NCBI GenBank assembly: GCA_965202665.1
Contig: OZ241841.1
Span: 2,016,001 to 2,080,000, forward strand
Source: Candidatus Spongiisociaceae bacterium
GTDB lineage: Bacteria; Actinomycetota; Acidimicrobiia; Spongiisociales; Spongiisociaceae
Reading direction: 5' to 3'
Length of the DNA: 64,000 nt
Below, one piece after another: positions 19,689-30,872 of the stretch. Under the pieces are notes generated by a model. It did no database searches. It worked only from the letters and a program-made list of their open reading frames with translations, and had not been told where the DNA came from. The translations under genes were made by a program, and so were the position numbers. Numbering within the stretch: position 1 is the first letter of the stretch; each line of letters opens with the position of its first letter.

Positions 19689-20879
19689 ATGGGGAAGCCG
19701 AGGTTTGAGCGTTCGAAGCCGCATGTGAATGTGGGGACGATGGGTCATATTGATCATGGGAAGACGACGTTGACGGCGGCGGTGACGCGGGTGTTGGCGG
19801 AGCGGGTGGGGGGTGTGAATGTTTTTTCGGCGTTTGATGAGATTGATAAGGCTCCGGAGGAGCGGGAGCGGGGGATTACGATTTCGATTGCGCATGTGGA
19901 GTATGAGACGGAGAGTAGGCATTATGCGCATGTGGATATGCCGGGGCATGCGGATTATATTAAGAATATGATTACGGGGGCGGCGCAGGTGGATGGGGCG
20001 GTGTTGGTGGTGTCGGCGGCGGATGGTCCGATGCCGCAGACGAGGGAGCATGTGTTGTTGGCGAGGCAGGTGGGGGTGCCGTGTGTGGTGGTGGCGTTGA
20101 ATAAGGTGGATTTGGTGGATGATGGGGAGTTGTTGGATTTGGTGGAGTTGGAGGTGCGGGAGTTGTTGGGGGAGTATGGGTTTGATGGGGATGGGGCTCC
20201 GGTGGTGCGGGTGTCGGCGTTGGGGGCGTTGGAGGGTGATGTGGGGGCGGGGGATGGGGTGATGGAGTTGTTGGGGGCGGTGGATGAGTTTGTGCCGGTG
20301 CCGGAGCGGCCGGTGGATTTGCCGTTTTTGATGCCGATTGAGGATGTGTTTTCGATTACGGGGCGGGGGACGGTGGTGACGGGGAAGGTGGAGGCGGGGG
20401 TGTTGCGGGTGGGGGGGGATGTGGAGGTGGTGGGGATTAGGGAGACGAGGAGGTCGGTGGCGACGGGGGTGGAGATGTTTCGTAAGTTGTTGGATGAGGG
20501 GAGGGCGGGGGATAATGTGGGGGTGTTGTTGCGGGGGGTGGGGAAGGATGAGGTGGAGCGGGGGCAGGTGTTGGCGGCTCCGGGGTCGATTACGCCGCAT
20601 ACGGTGTTTGAGGCGCAGGTGTATGTGTTGACGAAGGAGGAGGGGGGGAGGCATAATCCGTTTTTCTCGGGTTATCAGCCGCAGTTTTATTTTAGGACGA
20701 CGGATGTGACGGGGAAGGTGGAGTTGCCTGGGGGGGTGGAGATGGTGATGCCGGGTGATAACACGACGATGACGGTCACGTTGGGGTCTCCTATTGCGAT
20801 GGACGAGGGTTTGCGGTTCGCCATCCGGGAGGGGGGCCGCACGGTGGGGGCGGGCACCGTCACCCAAATCCACAAGTAA
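19689..20879 (+). CDS. tuf: Elongation factor Tu (extreme G/T codon skew)
   Basis: [27 protein letters not shown] and [13 protein letters not shown]. Confidence 0.99.
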   Translation: MGKPRFERSKPHVNVGTMGHIDHGKTTLTAAVTRVLAERVGGVNVFSAFDEIDKAPEERERGITISIAHVEYETESRHYAHVDMPGHADYIKNMITGAAQVDGAVLVVSAADGPMPQTREHVLLARQVGVPCVVVALNKVDLVDDGELLDLVELEVRELLGEYGFDGDGAPVVRVSALGALEGDVGAGDGVMELLGAVDEFVPVPERPVDLPFLMPIEDVFSITGRGTVVTGKVEAGVLRVGGDVEVVGIRETRRSVATGVEMFRKLLDEGRAGDNVGVLLRGVGKDEVERGQVLAAPGSITPHTVFEAQVYVLTKEEGGRHNPFFSGYQPQFYFRTTDVTGKVELPGGVEMVMPGDNTTMTVTLGSPIAMDEGLRFAIREGGRTVGAGTVTQIHK

Positions 20880-20907
20880 CCGACAAGAACCGAACGGGAA
20901 CGGGAAG

Positions 20908-21216
20908 ATGAAAAACTACAAGATCCGCATCAAACTGAAGGCGTACGATCACCAGGTGATCGACGAGTCGGCGCGCAAGATCGCCGAAACCGTTATCCGC
21001 ACCCAAGCCACCGTGCGCGGCCCCATCCCCCTTCCCACCAAGATCCAGCGCTACTGCGTCATACGTTCCCCGCACGTTTATAAAGACTCCCGCGAGCATT
21101 TTGAGATACGAACCCACAAGCGGCTGTTGGACATCCTCGATCCCACCCCCAACACGGTGGAGTCCCTGATGCGCTTGGACCTGCCCGCCGGGGTGGAAGC
21201 GGAGATCGAGACATGA
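20908..21216 (+). CDS. rpsJ: 30S ribosomal protein S10
   Basis: [24 protein letters not shown]. Confidence 0.98.
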   Translation: MKNYKIRIKLKAYDHQVIDESARKIAETVIRTQATVRGPIPLPTKIQRYCVIRSPHVYKDSREHFEIRTHKRLLDILDPTPNTVESLMRLDLPAGVEAEIET

Positions 21217-21848
21217 GTTTGACCACCATTGTCGGCGAAAAGGTGGGGATGACGCAGATCTTCGATGAGGAGGCGCGGGCCCTCCCGGTAACGGTTATCA
21301 AAGCCGGCCCCTGCCGTATCGTCCAGATACGCACCCCCGAAACCGACGGCTATTCCGCCGTCCAGCTCGGTTACGGCCAAGCCCGCGGCGCCAATCGCCC
21401 CGTTTCCGGTCATTACGCCAAAGCCGGGGTGGAGCCCGCCCGGCGGTTGGTGGAAGTGCGGGTGGACGATGTTTCCGAGTTTGCGGTGGGGCAGGAGATC
21501 AAGGTGGAGGACATTTTCCAGCCGGGCGGCAAGGCGGATGTAACCGGCGTTTCCAAAGGCAAAGGTTTCCAGGGGGTGATGAAACGACACAACTTCCGGG
21601 GTCAGAAGGCCAGCCACGGCGCCCACAAAATCCATCGCGCTCCGGGGGCCATCGGGGCTTGCGCCACCCCCGCCCGGGTGTTCAAAGGAACCAAGTTGCC
21701 GGGCCGCATGGGGGCGGAGCGGGTCACCGTCCTCAACTTGGCGGTGGTGGGCGTGGACGCCGAACAGGGCCTGCTTTTACTGCAGGGGGCGGTGCCCGGC
21801 CCCAAAGGGGCGATGGTGTTCGTGCGGGAGGCGGTCAAGAATGCCTGA
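21213..21848 (+). CDS. rplC: 50S ribosomal protein L3
   Basis: [23 protein letters not shown]. Confidence 0.98.
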   Translation: MSLTTIVGEKVGMTQIFDEEARALPVTVIKAGPCRIVQIRTPETDGYSAVQLGYGQARGANRPVSGHYAKAGVEPARRLVEVRVDDVSEFAVGQEIKVEDIFQPGGKADVTGVSKGKGFQGVMKRHNFRGQKASHGAHKIHRAPGAIGACATPARVFKGTKLPGRMGAERVTVLNLAVVGVDAEQGLLLLQGAVPGPKGAMVFVREAVKNA

Positions 21849-22674
21849 TCTGTCCGCCCCCCTCTACGATTCCGCCGGAACCGAAAAGGGAGAGGTGGAG
21901 TTGGACGCCGACCTGTTCGGGGTGGAACCCAACCGGGCGGTGATGCACCAGGCGACGGTGGCCTATTTGGCGGGACGGCGGTCGGGAACCGCCAAAGTCA
22001 AATCCCGCTCCGAAGTGCGGGGGGGAGGCCGCAAGCCTTGGCGGCAGAAAGGTTTGGGACGGTCCCGGCACGGGTCCATCCGCTCGCCCCTGTGGGTGGG
22101 GGGCGGCTCCGCTCACGGACCCCGGCCCCGCACCTACGCCCAGCGCACCCCCAAGAAGATGCGCGGCTTGGCCCTGCGCAGCGCCCTGTCCTGCCGGGCG
22201 GCGGAAGGGGCGGTGAAAGTGGTGGAAGATTTTGAATGGGACGTCCCCCGCACCCGGCGGGCGGCCGAGTTGCTAGCCGCCATCGGGGCGGACGGCAAGG
22301 CCTTGGTGGTGTTGGCCGGCGGGCAGGGGACGGCCGAAGCCTCTTTCCGCAACCTGCCGCAGGTGATTTTGGGCCGGGCGGGCCACCTTAACGCCTATGA
22401 CGTGCTCTGGTCGGACACGGTGGTGTTTTCCGGTTCGGCCCTGTCCTATCCGGATCCGTTCGTCGCTCCCGGACAGGAAGCAGTCCCCGCCGCCGATTCC
22501 GAAGAAGATGTTCCCCTCCCCGAATCTCCCCCAACCGGGGAAACCGATGAAGGCGAGGCCCCGGTTGCCGAAACTCCGCCCGCGGACTCCGATTCCGAAT
22601 CAGATTCCGAATCTGCGCCGGAGGGCGGGGAAGAGGACTCCGGGGAAGAAGAAGAGGAGGGGGCGAATGTCTGA
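21841..22674 (+). CDS. rplD: 50S ribosomal protein L4 with acidic C-terminal tail
   Basis: [22 protein letters not shown]. Confidence 0.97.
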   Translation: MPDLSAPLYDSAGTEKGEVELDADLFGVEPNRAVMHQATVAYLAGRRSGTAKVKSRSEVRGGGRKPWRQKGLGRSRHGSIRSPLWVGGGSAHGPRPRTYAQRTPKKMRGLALRSALSCRAAEGAVKVVEDFEWDVPRTRRAAELLAAIGADGKALVVLAGGQGTAEASFRNLPQVILGRAGHLNAYDVLWSDTVVFSGSALSYPDPFVAPGQEAVPAADSEEDVPLPESPPTGETDEGEAPVAETPPADSDSESDSESAPEGGEEDSGEEEEEGANV

Positions 22675-22954
22675 TCCCCGCGACCTCATCCTGGAGCCGG
22701 TGGTGTCGGAGAAGTCCTACGATCTCATCGAGCAACACAACACCTACACCTTTTTGGTGGATCGGCGGGCCACCAAAGATCAGATCCGCCACGCTATGGA
22801 GCGGATCTTCGATGTGCGGGTGGTCAAGGTCAACACCCTCATTCGCCGCGGCAAACGCAAGCGCACCCGATGGGTGATGGGGCGCCGTTCCGACATCAAG
22901 CGGGCCATGGTCACCTTGGCCCCCGGCGATTCCGTCGACGTGTTCGGGGTGTGA
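22667..22954 (+). CDS. rplW: 50S ribosomal protein L23
   Basis: [17 protein letters not shown]; ATG after GAGGAGG. Confidence 0.96.
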   Translation: MSDPRDLILEPVVSEKSYDLIEQHNTYTFLVDRRATKDQIRHAMERIFDVRVVKVNTLIRRGKRKRTRWVMGRRSDIKRAMVTLAPGDSVDVFGV

Positions 22955-22955
22955 G

Positions 22956-23789
22956 ATGCCGGTCCGAGGCCGCAAGCCCACTTCGCCCGGACGCCGCTTC
23001 CAGACGGTCTCCGATTTTGCCTCCGTCACCAAAGACAAGCCGGAGAAGTCGCTGCTGGCCAAGCAGAAGCGTTCTTCGGGCCGCAACACCCACGGCCGCA
23101 TCACCTCCCGGCATCGGGGCGGCGGCCACAAGCGCCGCTACCGGATCGTGGATTTCCGCCGGGAGAAGGACGCGGTTCCGGCCAAGGTGGCGGCGGTGGA
23201 ATACGACCCCAACCGCAACGCCCGCCTCGCCCTGCTCCACTACTTGGACGGCGAAAAACGCTACATCCTGCATCCGGCGGGGGTGCAGGTGGGGGACATC
23301 TTGCAGTCCGGTTCCGGGGCCGAAATCCGGCCCGGCAACGCCCTGCCTTTGCGCAACATTCCGGCCGGGGCCATCGTGCACGCGGTGGAGTTGCGGCCGG
23401 GCGGGGGGGCCAAGATGGTCCGGTCGGCCGGGGCCGGGGCGCAGCTGATGTCCAAAGAGGCTGGGCGGGCCCTGTTGCGCCTGCCGTCCGGCGAGGTGCG
23501 CAATGTTCCTTTGGACTGCCGGGCCACCATAGGACAGGTGGGCAACGCCGAGGCCGAATTAATCAAAATCGGCAAAGCGGGCCGCAACCGCTGGAAGGGG
23601 GTCCGCCCCCAGACGCGGGGAGTGGCCATGAACCCGGTGGATCACCCGCTGGGCGGCGGCGAGGGCAAGTCCTCGGGCGGACGGCATCCGGTGTCCCCCT
23701 GGGGCAAGCCGGAGGGCCGCACCCGGGACCGCAACAAGGCCAGCAACCGGGACATCGTACGCAGGCGGACCCGAAAGCGCCGGAGGTAG
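22956..23789 (+). CDS. rplB: 50S ribosomal protein L2
   Basis: [25 protein letters not shown]. Confidence 0.98.
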   Translation: MPVRGRKPTSPGRRFQTVSDFASVTKDKPEKSLLAKQKRSSGRNTHGRITSRHRGGGHKRRYRIVDFRREKDAVPAKVAAVEYDPNRNARLALLHYLDGEKRYILHPAGVQVGDILQSGSGAEIRPGNALPLRNIPAGAIVHAVELRPGGGAKMVRSAGAGAQLMSKEAGRALLRLPSGEVRNVPLDCRATIGQVGNAEAELIKIGKAGRNRWKGVRPQTRGVAMNPVDHPLGGGEGKSSGGRHPVSPWGKPEGRTRDRNKASNRDIVRRRTRKRRR

Positions 23790-23792
23790 GAA

Positions 23793-24074
23793 ATGGCCCG
23801 CAGTCTCAAAAAAGGCCCCTTCGTGGACGGTCATTTGCTCCGCAAGGTGGAGGCCCTCAACCGCAGCGGCCAAAAGAACGTCATCCGCACTTGGAGCCGG
23901 CGCAGCACCATCATCCCCGATATGGTGGGTCACATCATCGCCGTGCACGACGGCCGCAAGCACGTGCCGGTTTACATTTCCGAGTCCATGGTGGGGCACA
24001 AATTGGGCGAGTTCGCCCCCACCCGCACATTTCGCGGCCACGCCGGGAGCAAAGAGAAGGCGGCCGGAAGATGA
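23793..24074 (+). CDS. rpsS: 30S ribosomal protein S19
   Basis: [20 protein letters not shown]. Confidence 0.98.
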   Translation: MARSLKKGPFVDGHLLRKVEALNRSGQKNVIRTWSRRSTIIPDMVGHIIAVHDGRKHVPVYISESMVGHKLGEFAPTRTFRGHAGSKEKAAGR

Positions 24075-24436
24075 GGGCCGTCGCCCACGCCCGCTATATT
24101 CGCCAGTCGCCCTACAAGGTGCGTTTGGTGCTGGATCAGGTGCGGGGGCGCCCGGCGTCCGAGGCGCGGACGGCCCTGCGCTTCTCCAACCGCCGCGCCG
24201 CCGGCCCTATCTTGAAATGCCTGGATTCGGCCATCGCCAACCTCAACTCCAAGTTTGATCTGGGGCAGGACGTGGATTCTCTGGCCGGCGAAGTGAGGGT
24301 GGAGGAGGCTTACGCCGGCGAGGGGCCGACCCTGAAAAGGTTCCGTCCCCGGGCCCGGGGGCGGGCCGCCCGCATCCGCAAGCGCACCAGCCATATCACG
24401 ATTGTGGTTTCCGATGAACGGGAGGAGAGGGAATAG
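24071..24436 (+). CDS. rplV: 50S ribosomal protein L22
   Basis: [28 protein letters not shown]. Confidence 0.97.
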   Translation: MRAVAHARYIRQSPYKVRLVLDQVRGRPASEARTALRFSNRRAAGPILKCLDSAIANLNSKFDLGQDVDSLAGEVRVEEAYAGEGPTLKRFRPRARGRAARIRKRTSHITIVVSDEREERE

Positions 24437-25467
24437 TGGGGCAGAAAACCCACCCGTACGGGTTCCGTTTGGGCATCGTCACTGACTGGAAGTCGCGTTG
24501 GTTCTCCAACAAGGAATACCAGGACCTGGCCAATCAGGATTATCAGATCCGCGACTACCTGTGGCGGGAGTTGGCGCGGGGGGCGGTGTCCCGCATCGAT
24601 GTGGAACGCACCCGCGACAAGCTGGTGGTGGAGGTGCACACCGCCCGTCCCGGGGTGGTGATCGGACGCAAAGGGGCGGAGGCGGACCGCATCCGCAACG
24701 GTTTGGAGAAGATGGCGGGCCAACCGGTGAAGTTGAACGTGGTGGAGGTGAAAGAGCCCGACTCCGACGCCCTGTTGCTGGCCCGGGGAGTGGCCGACCA
24801 GTTGGAGAACCGGGTGGCTTTCCGCCGGGCTATGAAACGGGCGGTGCAGACGGCGCTGACCGCCGGGGCGGAAGGGGTGCGCGTGGAATGCTCGGGCCGC
24901 CTGGGCGGGGCCGATATGGGACGCCGGGAATGGTACCGGGAGGGACGGGTGCCTTTGCATACCCTGCGGGCCGACATTGACTACGGCCGGGCCACGGCCC
25001 GCACCACGGTGGGGGCCATCGGCGTCAAAGTGTGGGTCTACAAGGGGGATCTGGTTTCTTCTTTGAAGACCACCCGCGAGAAAATCGCCGCTGAGGCGGC
25101 CCTGGCCGCGGGCGGTCCCGCCGGACGGGTGATTTCGGCCAAGAGCCGGGCCGAGCAACGCACCGGCGAACGCAAGACCCCCCGCGTCATCGAAGCGGGG
25201 GGCGGCAAGCGCCTGATCGAAGCGGGCGGCGGCCGCAAGGTGACCGCGGCCGAGGCCCGTTCCGAATACCGGGAGGCGGTGGAGGATCAAGAGGAGAAAC
25301 TGGACATCCTGTCCGACTCCGGGGCCGATGAGGCGGGCGACTCTGATGCCGGGGAGCATACCCCGGAGGAGAGGGTCGGGGCGCCGGGTGATGGGACGGC
25401 GCCCGCCGACGGGACGGCCGAGGATTCGGATCCCCCCTCCTCCGAGGCGGGCGGGGAGGAAGAATAA
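24436..25467 (+). CDS. rpsC: 30S ribosomal protein S3 with long C-terminal extension
   Basis: [35 protein letters not shown]; GTG start. Confidence 0.97.
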   Translation: MGQKTHPYGFRLGIVTDWKSRWFSNKEYQDLANQDYQIRDYLWRELARGAVSRIDVERTRDKLVVEVHTARPGVVIGRKGAEADRIRNGLEKMAGQPVKLNVVEVKEPDSDALLLARGVADQLENRVAFRRAMKRAVQTALTAGAEGVRVECSGRLGGADMGRREWYREGRVPLHTLRADIDYGRATARTTVGAIGVKVWVYKGDLVSSLKTTREKIAAEAALAAGGPAGRVISAKSRAEQRTGERKTPRVIEAGGGKRLIEAGGGRKVTAAEARSEYREAVEDQEEKLDILSDSGADEAGDSDAGEHTPEERVGAPGDGTAPADGTAEDSDPPSSEAGGEEE

Positions 25468-25880
25468 TGTTGATGCCCAAACGCACCAAGTACCGCAAGG
25501 TGCACCGGGGCCGCATGCGGGGCTACGCCAAGGGCGGGTCCGCCGTTTCCTTCGGCGACTACGGGATCCAGGCCTTGGAGCCGGGGCACATCACCGCCCG
25601 CCAGATCGAGTCGGCCCGGGTGGCCATCACCCGCACCGTGCGACGGGGCGGCAAGGTGTGGATAAATATTTTCCCGGACAAGCCGATGACGGCCAAACCG
25701 GCTGAGACCCGCATGGGATCCGGCAAAGGCAACCCCGAGTTCTGGGTGGCGGTGGTCAAACCGGGGCGGGTGATGATGGAGTTGTCCGGGGTGGGCGAGG
25801 ATTTGGCCCGGGAGGCGATCCGCAAGGCGGGCCACAAGTTGCCCATCAAAACCAAGTTCGTGGTGAGGGAGACCGGATGA
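25467..25880 (+). CDS. rplP: 50S ribosomal protein L16
   Basis: [17 protein letters not shown]. Confidence 0.98.
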   Translation: MLMPKRTKYRKVHRGRMRGYAKGGSAVSFGDYGIQALEPGHITARQIESARVAITRTVRRGGKVWINIFPDKPMTAKPAETRMGSGKGNPEFWVAVVKPGRVMMELSGVGEDLAREAIRKAGHKLPIKTKFVVRETG

Positions 25881-26314
25881 AGACTTACGAAGCGCGCGAG
25901 ATGACCTATGCGGAGCTGGTCGAAAAGTTGGAGGAGGCCAAGGATGACCTGTTCAACCTGCGCTTCCAGCTGGCGGTCAGCCAATCCGACAACACCGCCC
26001 GCTTGGGCGAGTTGCGCCGGGACATCGCCCGCATGAGAACCGTGCTCAACGAATGGGAGCGGGACGGCCGCCCCCTCGGCTACGAAGAGGGGGAATATGA
26101 ATGGGAGTCCCCGCCAGTCGACGAAACCGACGCCGAATTCCCAGAGGAGGAAGAAGCGGCGGCGGAGGAGGAGGATGCAGGGCCGATTCTGGAGGAGGAG
26201 ACGGCGGCCGCTCCGTCCGATGAGCAAGAAGAGCAGGATGATGATTCCGTCGAGGAGCAAGCGGAGGAGGATGCCAAGCCCCGCCGCCGCTGGGGCAGGC
26301 GGAGTAAGAAATGA
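25877..26314 (+). CDS. rpmC: 50S ribosomal protein L29 with ~80-aa acidic then basic tail
   Basis: LFNLRFQ and RRDIARMRT; position between rplP and rpsQ. Confidence 0.95.
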   Translation: MKTYEAREMTYAELVEKLEEAKDDLFNLRFQLAVSQSDNTARLGELRRDIARMRTVLNEWERDGRPLGYEEGEYEWESPPVDETDAEFPEEEEAAAEEEDAGPILEEETAAAPSDEQEEQDDDSVEEQAEEDAKPRRRWGRRSKK

Positions 26315-26574
26315 ACCAGGCTTCGCGTCCCCGCCGCAAGACCCGCACCGGGATAGTCATTTCCAACGCCCGGGACAAAACGGTCACCGTGCAGGTGAGG
26401 CGCGCCACCCGCCACCCCCGTTACGGCAAGATCGTGCCCGCTTTTAAAAACTTCCACGCCCATGACGAGGACAACGAATCCCGGGTGGGGGACCGGGTGC
26501 GCATCGTGGAAACCCGTCCCCTGTCCAAGACCAAGCGCTGGCGGGTGGCGGAGATTGTGGAGCGAGCCCGATGA
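26311..26574 (+). CDS. rpsQ: 30S ribosomal protein S17
   Basis: [23 protein letters not shown]. Confidence 0.97.
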   Translation: MNQASRPRRKTRTGIVISNARDKTVTVQVRRATRHPRYGKIVPAFKNFHAHDEDNESRVGDRVRIVETRPLSKTKRWRVAEIVERAR

Positions 26575-26939
26575 TCGGACAGGAGTCCCGTCTCAAAGTG
26601 GCCGACAACAGCGGCGCCCGGGAGGTGCTATGCATCCGCGTGCTGGGCGGTTCCCGCCGTCGCTACGCCCGGGTGGGGGATATGATCGTGGCCACCGTCA
26701 AAGAGGCCTCCCCCGGTTCCAACGTGCGCAAAGGGGAGGTGGTGAGGGCGGTGGTGGTGCGCACCGCCAAAGAACAACGGCGCCGGGACGGAACCTACAT
26801 CCGGTTCGACGACAACGCCTGCGTGTTGCTCAACGACCAGCGCCTGCCGCGCGGCACCCGCATTTTCGGCCCGGTGGCCCGCGAGTTGCGCGACCGGCGG
26901 TTCATGCGCATCGTTTCGCTGGCCCCGGAGGTGCTGTGA
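26571..26939 (+). CDS. rplN: 50S ribosomal protein L14
   Basis: [26 protein letters not shown]. Confidence 0.98.
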   Translation: MIGQESRLKVADNSGAREVLCIRVLGGSRRRYARVGDMIVATVKEASPGSNVRKGEVVRAVVVRTAKEQRRRDGTYIRFDDNACVLLNDQRLPRGTRIFGPVARELRDRRFMRIVSLAPEVL

Positions 26940-27244
26940 TGGCCGTTCGGGAAGGAGACCGGGTGATGGTGATCACCGGCAAGGACAAGGGACGGGAGTC
27001 CCGCGTGTCTAGGGTCATCCCCGATCGGGGGCAGGTAATCGTGGAAGGGGTGAACGTGGTGAAGCGCCACCAACGTTCCACCGGCCGCACCCTGCAGGCG
27101 GGGATCATCGAAAAGAACATGCCCATTGACATTTCCAACGTGATGCTGATGTGCCCGGAGTGCGGCCCGGTGCGCACCGGGGCCGGTTTCGACGAAGCGG
27201 GAAACAAGTTCCGCCGGTGCGTGAAATGCGATCAGGAGATCTGA
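26939..27244 (+). CDS. rplX: 50S ribosomal protein L24
   Basis: KOW motif GDRVMVITGKDKG, PIDISNV and a C-terminal CxxC..CxxC. Confidence 0.96.
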   Translation: MAVREGDRVMVITGKDKGRESRVSRVIPDRGQVIVEGVNVVKRHQRSTGRTLQAGIIEKNMPIDISNVMLMCPECGPVRTGAGFDEAGNKFRRCVKCDQEI

Positions 27245-27831
27245 TGGCGGACTCCGCAAACGGCCAAACTCCCCCGCCCCGTTTCAAAGTCCGTTACCGG
27301 GAGTTCGTGCACGCCCACCTGCAGGGGAAGCTGGGTTTGGACAACCCGATGCTGGTGCCCGACTTGGACAAGATAGTGGTCAACATGGGGGTGGGGGAGG
27401 CGGTGGCCGACGGCAAGCAGATCACCTCGGCCATGGAGGAGCTGGCGGTGATCACCGGTCAGAAGCCCCGCCTCAACCGGGCCAAACGTTCCATCGCCAA
27501 CTTCAAAGTGCGGGCCGGCAATCCGGTGGGGGCGTCGGTCACCATGCGCGGCGACCGGGCTTGGGAGTTTCTGGATCGCCTGATTACCATTTCCATACCC
27601 CGCATCCGCGATTTCCGGGGACTCAACCCGCGGGCTTTCGACGGACGGGGCAACTATTCTTTCGGGGTGAGCGAACAGCTCATTTTCCCGGAGGTTGATT
27701 ACGACAAGGTGACGGCCGTGCGCGGCATGGACATCACCATATGCACCACCTCCGCCGACGACGAGGGGGCGGCCGCCTTTTTGGAAGCTTTCGGCTTTCC
27801 GTTCCGCGGTACCACCCCCACCGCGGTGTAG
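27244..27831 (+). CDS. rplE: 50S ribosomal protein L5
   Basis: [30 protein letters not shown]. Confidence 0.98.
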   Translation: MADSANGQTPPPRFKVRYREFVHAHLQGKLGLDNPMLVPDLDKIVVNMGVGEAVADGKQITSAMEELAVITGQKPRLNRAKRSIANFKVRAGNPVGASVTMRGDRAWEFLDRLITISIPRIRDFRGLNPRAFDGRGNYSFGVSEQLIFPEVDYDKVTAVRGMDITICTTSADDEGAAAFLEAFGFPFRGTTPTAV

Positions 27832-27837
27832 GCGGAC

Positions 27838-28180
27838 CGGGCAAGGAGAGCGCAAGATGGCAAAAAAATCAATGATCGCCAAAAACAAGCGGCGCCAAGA
27901 GTTGGTTGCCCGCTACCGGGAGCGACGGTCCGAAGCGCTGGCCGTGATCAAGAACCCGGAAGCCTCTTTGGAGGACAAGCGGGAAGCCTATGACCTGATC
28001 GCCAAGATGCCCCGCGACGCCAGTCCCACCCGCAGCCGCAATCGGTGCCGGGTGAGCGGCCGGCCGCGCGGTTACCTGCGCCGCTTCGGCATGTCCCGGA
28101 TTGCGGTGCGGGAGTTGGCCCATCGCGGCGAATTGCCGGGCGTGGTCAAGTCCTCCTGGTAAGGCGACGGGCAAGGAGAG
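27838..28180 (+). repeat. 13-bp direct repeat CGGGCAAGGAGAG flanking rpsN (27838-27850 and 28168-28180)
   Basis: Exact match read in the sequence; similarity extends 5' as AGGCG(G)AC(C). Confidence 0.8.
27857..28162 (+). CDS. rpsN: 30S ribosomal protein S14, long Zn-independent type (101 aa)
   Basis: [28 protein letters not shown] and [11 protein letters not shown]; only one Cys. Confidence 0.97.
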   Translation: MAKKSMIAKNKRRQELVARYRERRSEALAVIKNPEASLEDKREAYDLIAKMPRDASPTRSRNRCRVSGRPRGYLRRFGMSRIAVRELAHRGELPGVVKSSW

Positions 28181-28187
28181 AAGCGAC

Positions 28188-28589
28188 ATGATGACCGACC
28201 CCATCGCCGACATGCTCACCCGCATCCGCAACGGCAACCAGGCTTTGCACAAGGTGGTGACCATGCCCTCCTCTAAAATGAAGGAGGAGATCGCCAAATT
28301 GCTGGCCTTCGAGGGCTATGTGGACGGATACGACGTTTCCCCCGCCCCCCAGGGCAAGGAGCTCAGCATCCGCCTCAAATACACCGGCCGCTCCGACCGG
28401 GACCCCATCTTGCGCGGCTTGCGCCGGATTTCCAGCCCCGGCCGTCGCATCTACCAGGGGGCGGGCGAACTGCCCCGTTCCCAGGGCGGCCTGGGCACCA
28501 TCGTGGTGTCCACCTCCGAGGGACTGATGTCCGACCGGGAGGCCCGCCGCCGCCGGCTGGGCGGCGAGATAGTTTGCGAAGTTTGGTGA
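28188..28589 (+). CDS. rpsH: 30S ribosomal protein S8
   Basis: MTDPIADMLTRIRN, GGEIVCEVW. Confidence 0.98.
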   Translation: MMTDPIADMLTRIRNGNQALHKVVTMPSSKMKEEIAKLLAFEGYVDGYDVSPAPQGKELSIRLKYTGRSDRDPILRGLRRISSPGRRIYQGAGELPRSQGGLGTIVVSTSEGLMSDREARRRRLGGEIVCEVW

Positions 28590-28614
28590 GCGGGGCGAGG
28601 GCGAGGAGCAACGG

Positions 28615-29166
28615 ATGAGCAGGATCGGACGGCTTCCCATTCCCATTCCCGACGGGGTGGAAGTGGAGGTCCGGGAGGGCGCCCGCCCCCGAGTGACCGT
28701 CACCGGTCCGAGGGGGGCGTTGGAACGCACCTTCGGCGAGCGGGTGGCGGTGACCGTGCGGGACGGACAGTGCCTGGTGACCCGCATGAACGACGAAGCC
28801 CCCTCCCGCGCCCATCACGGCCTGACCAGGGCCCTGCTCAACAACATGATCATCGGGGTTTCCCAAGGCTACAGCAAGACTTTGAAGATCGTGGGGGTGG
28901 GCTACCGGGCGTCCGCCAAAGACGGAGGATTGGATATTCAGATCGGTTTCAGCCACAATGTGGAGGTTTCCGGCGTGGAGGGAGTGGAATTCGACGTTCC
29001 CGATCCCACCACCATCATCGTGAAAGGCCGCGACAAGGAGTTGGTGGGCCAAGTGGCGGCCGACATTCGCAAAATCCGCCCCCCCGAGCCCTACAAGGGC
29101 AAGGGCATCCGCTACGAGAACGAATACGTGCGACGCAAGGGCGGCAAGACGGGAGTGACCACCTAA
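28615..29166 (+). CDS. rplF: 50S ribosomal protein L6
   Basis: [26 protein letters not shown]. Confidence 0.98.
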   Translation: MSRIGRLPIPIPDGVEVEVREGARPRVTVTGPRGALERTFGERVAVTVRDGQCLVTRMNDEAPSRAHHGLTRALLNNMIIGVSQGYSKTLKIVGVGYRASAKDGGLDIQIGFSHNVEVSGVEGVEFDVPDPTTIIVKGRDKELVGQVAADIRKIRPPEPYKGKGIRYENEYVRRKGGKTGVTT

Positions 29167-29534
29167 TGAGCGACATCCAAATTTCCCGCCGGCGCCGCCT
29201 GGGACGACTGCGCCGCCACCGGCGGGTGCGCAAGGGCCTGTCGGGCGCCGCCGACCGCCCCAGGTTGGCCGTGTTCCGCAGCAACCGTTACATTTACGCC
29301 CAAGTGATCGATGACTCCTCCGGGCGTACTTTGGCCGCCGCTTCCTCCCAGGAATCGGATTTGCGGGAACGCACCCTCACCGTGCAGACCGCTTCCGCGG
29401 TCGGGACGTTGCTGGCCGAGCGGGCGGCCGCGGCCGGCGTGGAGCGGGTGGTGTTCGATCGGGGCGGTTACGCCTATCACGGCCGGGTGAAAGCCTTGGC
29501 CCAAGCAGCCCGGGAGGCCGGCCTTGACTTCTAG
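29166..29534 (+). CDS. rplR: 50S ribosomal protein L18
   Basis: [23 protein letters not shown]. Confidence 0.97.
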   Translation: MSDIQISRRRRLGRLRRHRRVRKGLSGAADRPRLAVFRSNRYIYAQVIDDSSGRTLAAASSQESDLRERTLTVQTASAVGTLLAERAAAAGVERVVFDRGGYAYHGRVKALAQAAREAGLDF

Positions 29535-30078
29535 AAGAGATTCCCAGCCCGGCGCCCCCTACGACGAGCGGGTGGTGCAGATCAACCGGGTGGCCAAGGT
29601 GGTGAAAGGCGGGCGCCGGTTTTCATTCACCGCCCTGGTGGTGGTGGGGGACGGTGAAGGACGGGTGGGGGTCGGCTACGGCAAAGCCAAGGAGGTGCCG
29701 TCCGCCATTCAGAAGGGGATCGAGGCGGCCCGCCGGGCCATGTTCACCGTTCCCATGGCGGGCACCACCATCATCCACGAGGTGATGGGACGGCAGGGGG
29801 CGTCGCGGGTGTTGCTCAAGCCCGCCTCCCCCGGCACCGGGGTGATCGCCGGTGCGGCGGTGCGCCAGATTCTGGAAGCGGCCGGGGTGCGGGACGTCTT
29901 GGGCAAGTCGCTGGGTTCGCCCACCCACTTGAACGTGGCCAAAGCCACGGTCAACGCCTTGCGCTCCCAGTTGCGCCCGGAGGAGGTGGCGGCCGCCCGG
30001 GGCAAAACGCCGGAGGAGGTGACCCCTCCCGCCCTGCTGGCCGCCTACCGCTCAGCTGAGATGGCCCGGGCCGACTGA
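29524..30078 (+). CDS. rpsE: 30S ribosomal protein S5
   Basis: [27 protein letters not shown]. Confidence 0.97.
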   Translation: MTSRRDSQPGAPYDERVVQINRVAKVVKGGRRFSFTALVVVGDGEGRVGVGYGKAKEVPSAIQKGIEAARRAMFTVPMAGTTIIHEVMGRQGASRVLLKPASPGTGVIAGAAVRQILEAAGVRDVLGKSLGSPTHLNVAKATVNALRSQLRPEEVAAARGKTPEEVTPPALLAAYRSAEMARAD

Positions 30079-30101
30079 CGGCGGGAGAAAGAGGTTTCCC
30101 G

Positions 30102-30311
30102 ATGGCCGAAAAGTCACCCGCCCCATCCGGCAGGTTGCGCATAACTTTGCGGCGCAGCCTGATCGGGGAAAAGCCCAAAACCCGGGCCACGGTGCGCGGT
30201 TTGGGCCTGCGCCGCATTGATTCCGTCGTGGAGCACGCCGACACCCCCGACGTCCGGGGCATGGTGCGGCGGGTCATCCACCTAGTGGAAGTGGAAGAGG
30301 TTTCCCGGTGA
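30102..30311 (+). CDS. rpmD: 50S ribosomal protein L30
   Basis: [27 protein letters not shown]. Confidence 0.96.
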   Translation: MAEKSPAPSGRLRITLRRSLIGEKPKTRATVRGLGLRRIDSVVEHADTPDVRGMVRRVIHLVEVEEVSR

Positions 30312-30838
30312 ACGCCGAAGAGAACGCCGTGCCGGATTCCGCCGCCCCGCCGGAGGGGGAAGTAGCCGAAGAGGGGATCGCCGGGGGGAGGGGCGGCCAG
30401 TTGAAACTCCATCATCTGCGCCCGGCCCCCGGCTCCAAGCGCCGCAAGATACGGGTGGGCCGGGGGGAGTCGGGACGGCGCGGCAAAACCGCCGGGCGGG
30501 GCATGAAGGGCCGCCTGGCCCGGGGCAAGATGCGCCCCGGCTTTGAAGGGGGCCAGACCCCGCTCCAGTCCCGCATTCCCCACTTGCGCGGTTTCAAGCC
30601 GGTCAACCGGCGGGAGTTTACGGTGGTCAATGTGGACGACCTCCGCGTTTTTCAAAAGGATTCGGCGGTGTCGGTGGACGACCTGCGCGACCAGGGCTTG
30701 GCCCGCAAACGGGGCCGGGTGAAGGTGCTGGGCCGGGGGGAGTTGGACAAACCGCTGGTGGTGCAGGCGCACGCCTTCAGCGCCTCGGCCCGGGCCAAGA
30801 TCGAAGCGGCCGGCGGCCAATGCGAAGTCGTGGAATGA
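30308..30838 (+). CDS. rplO: 50S ribosomal protein L15 (possible ~30-aa acidic N-terminal extension; alternative TTG start at 30401)
   Basis: [30 protein letters not shown]. Confidence 0.95.
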   Translation: MNAEENAVPDSAAPPEGEVAEEGIAGGRGGQLKLHHLRPAPGSKRRKIRVGRGESGRRGKTAGRGMKGRLARGKMRPGFEGGQTPLQSRIPHLRGFKPVNRREFTVVNVDDLRVFQKDSAVSVDDLRDQGLARKRGRVKVLGRGELDKPLVVQAHAFSASARAKIEAAGGQCEVVE

Positions 30839-30872
30839 CCGGTCGGCCGATGTTTCATCCGGAGGCGGCGGG

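Noticed and set aside
19605-20873. His/Pro/Arg-rich 422-aa antisense ORF opposite tuf
   Set aside because: A direct consequence of G/T-only third positions in tuf, which remove antisense stops; no independent coding evidence.
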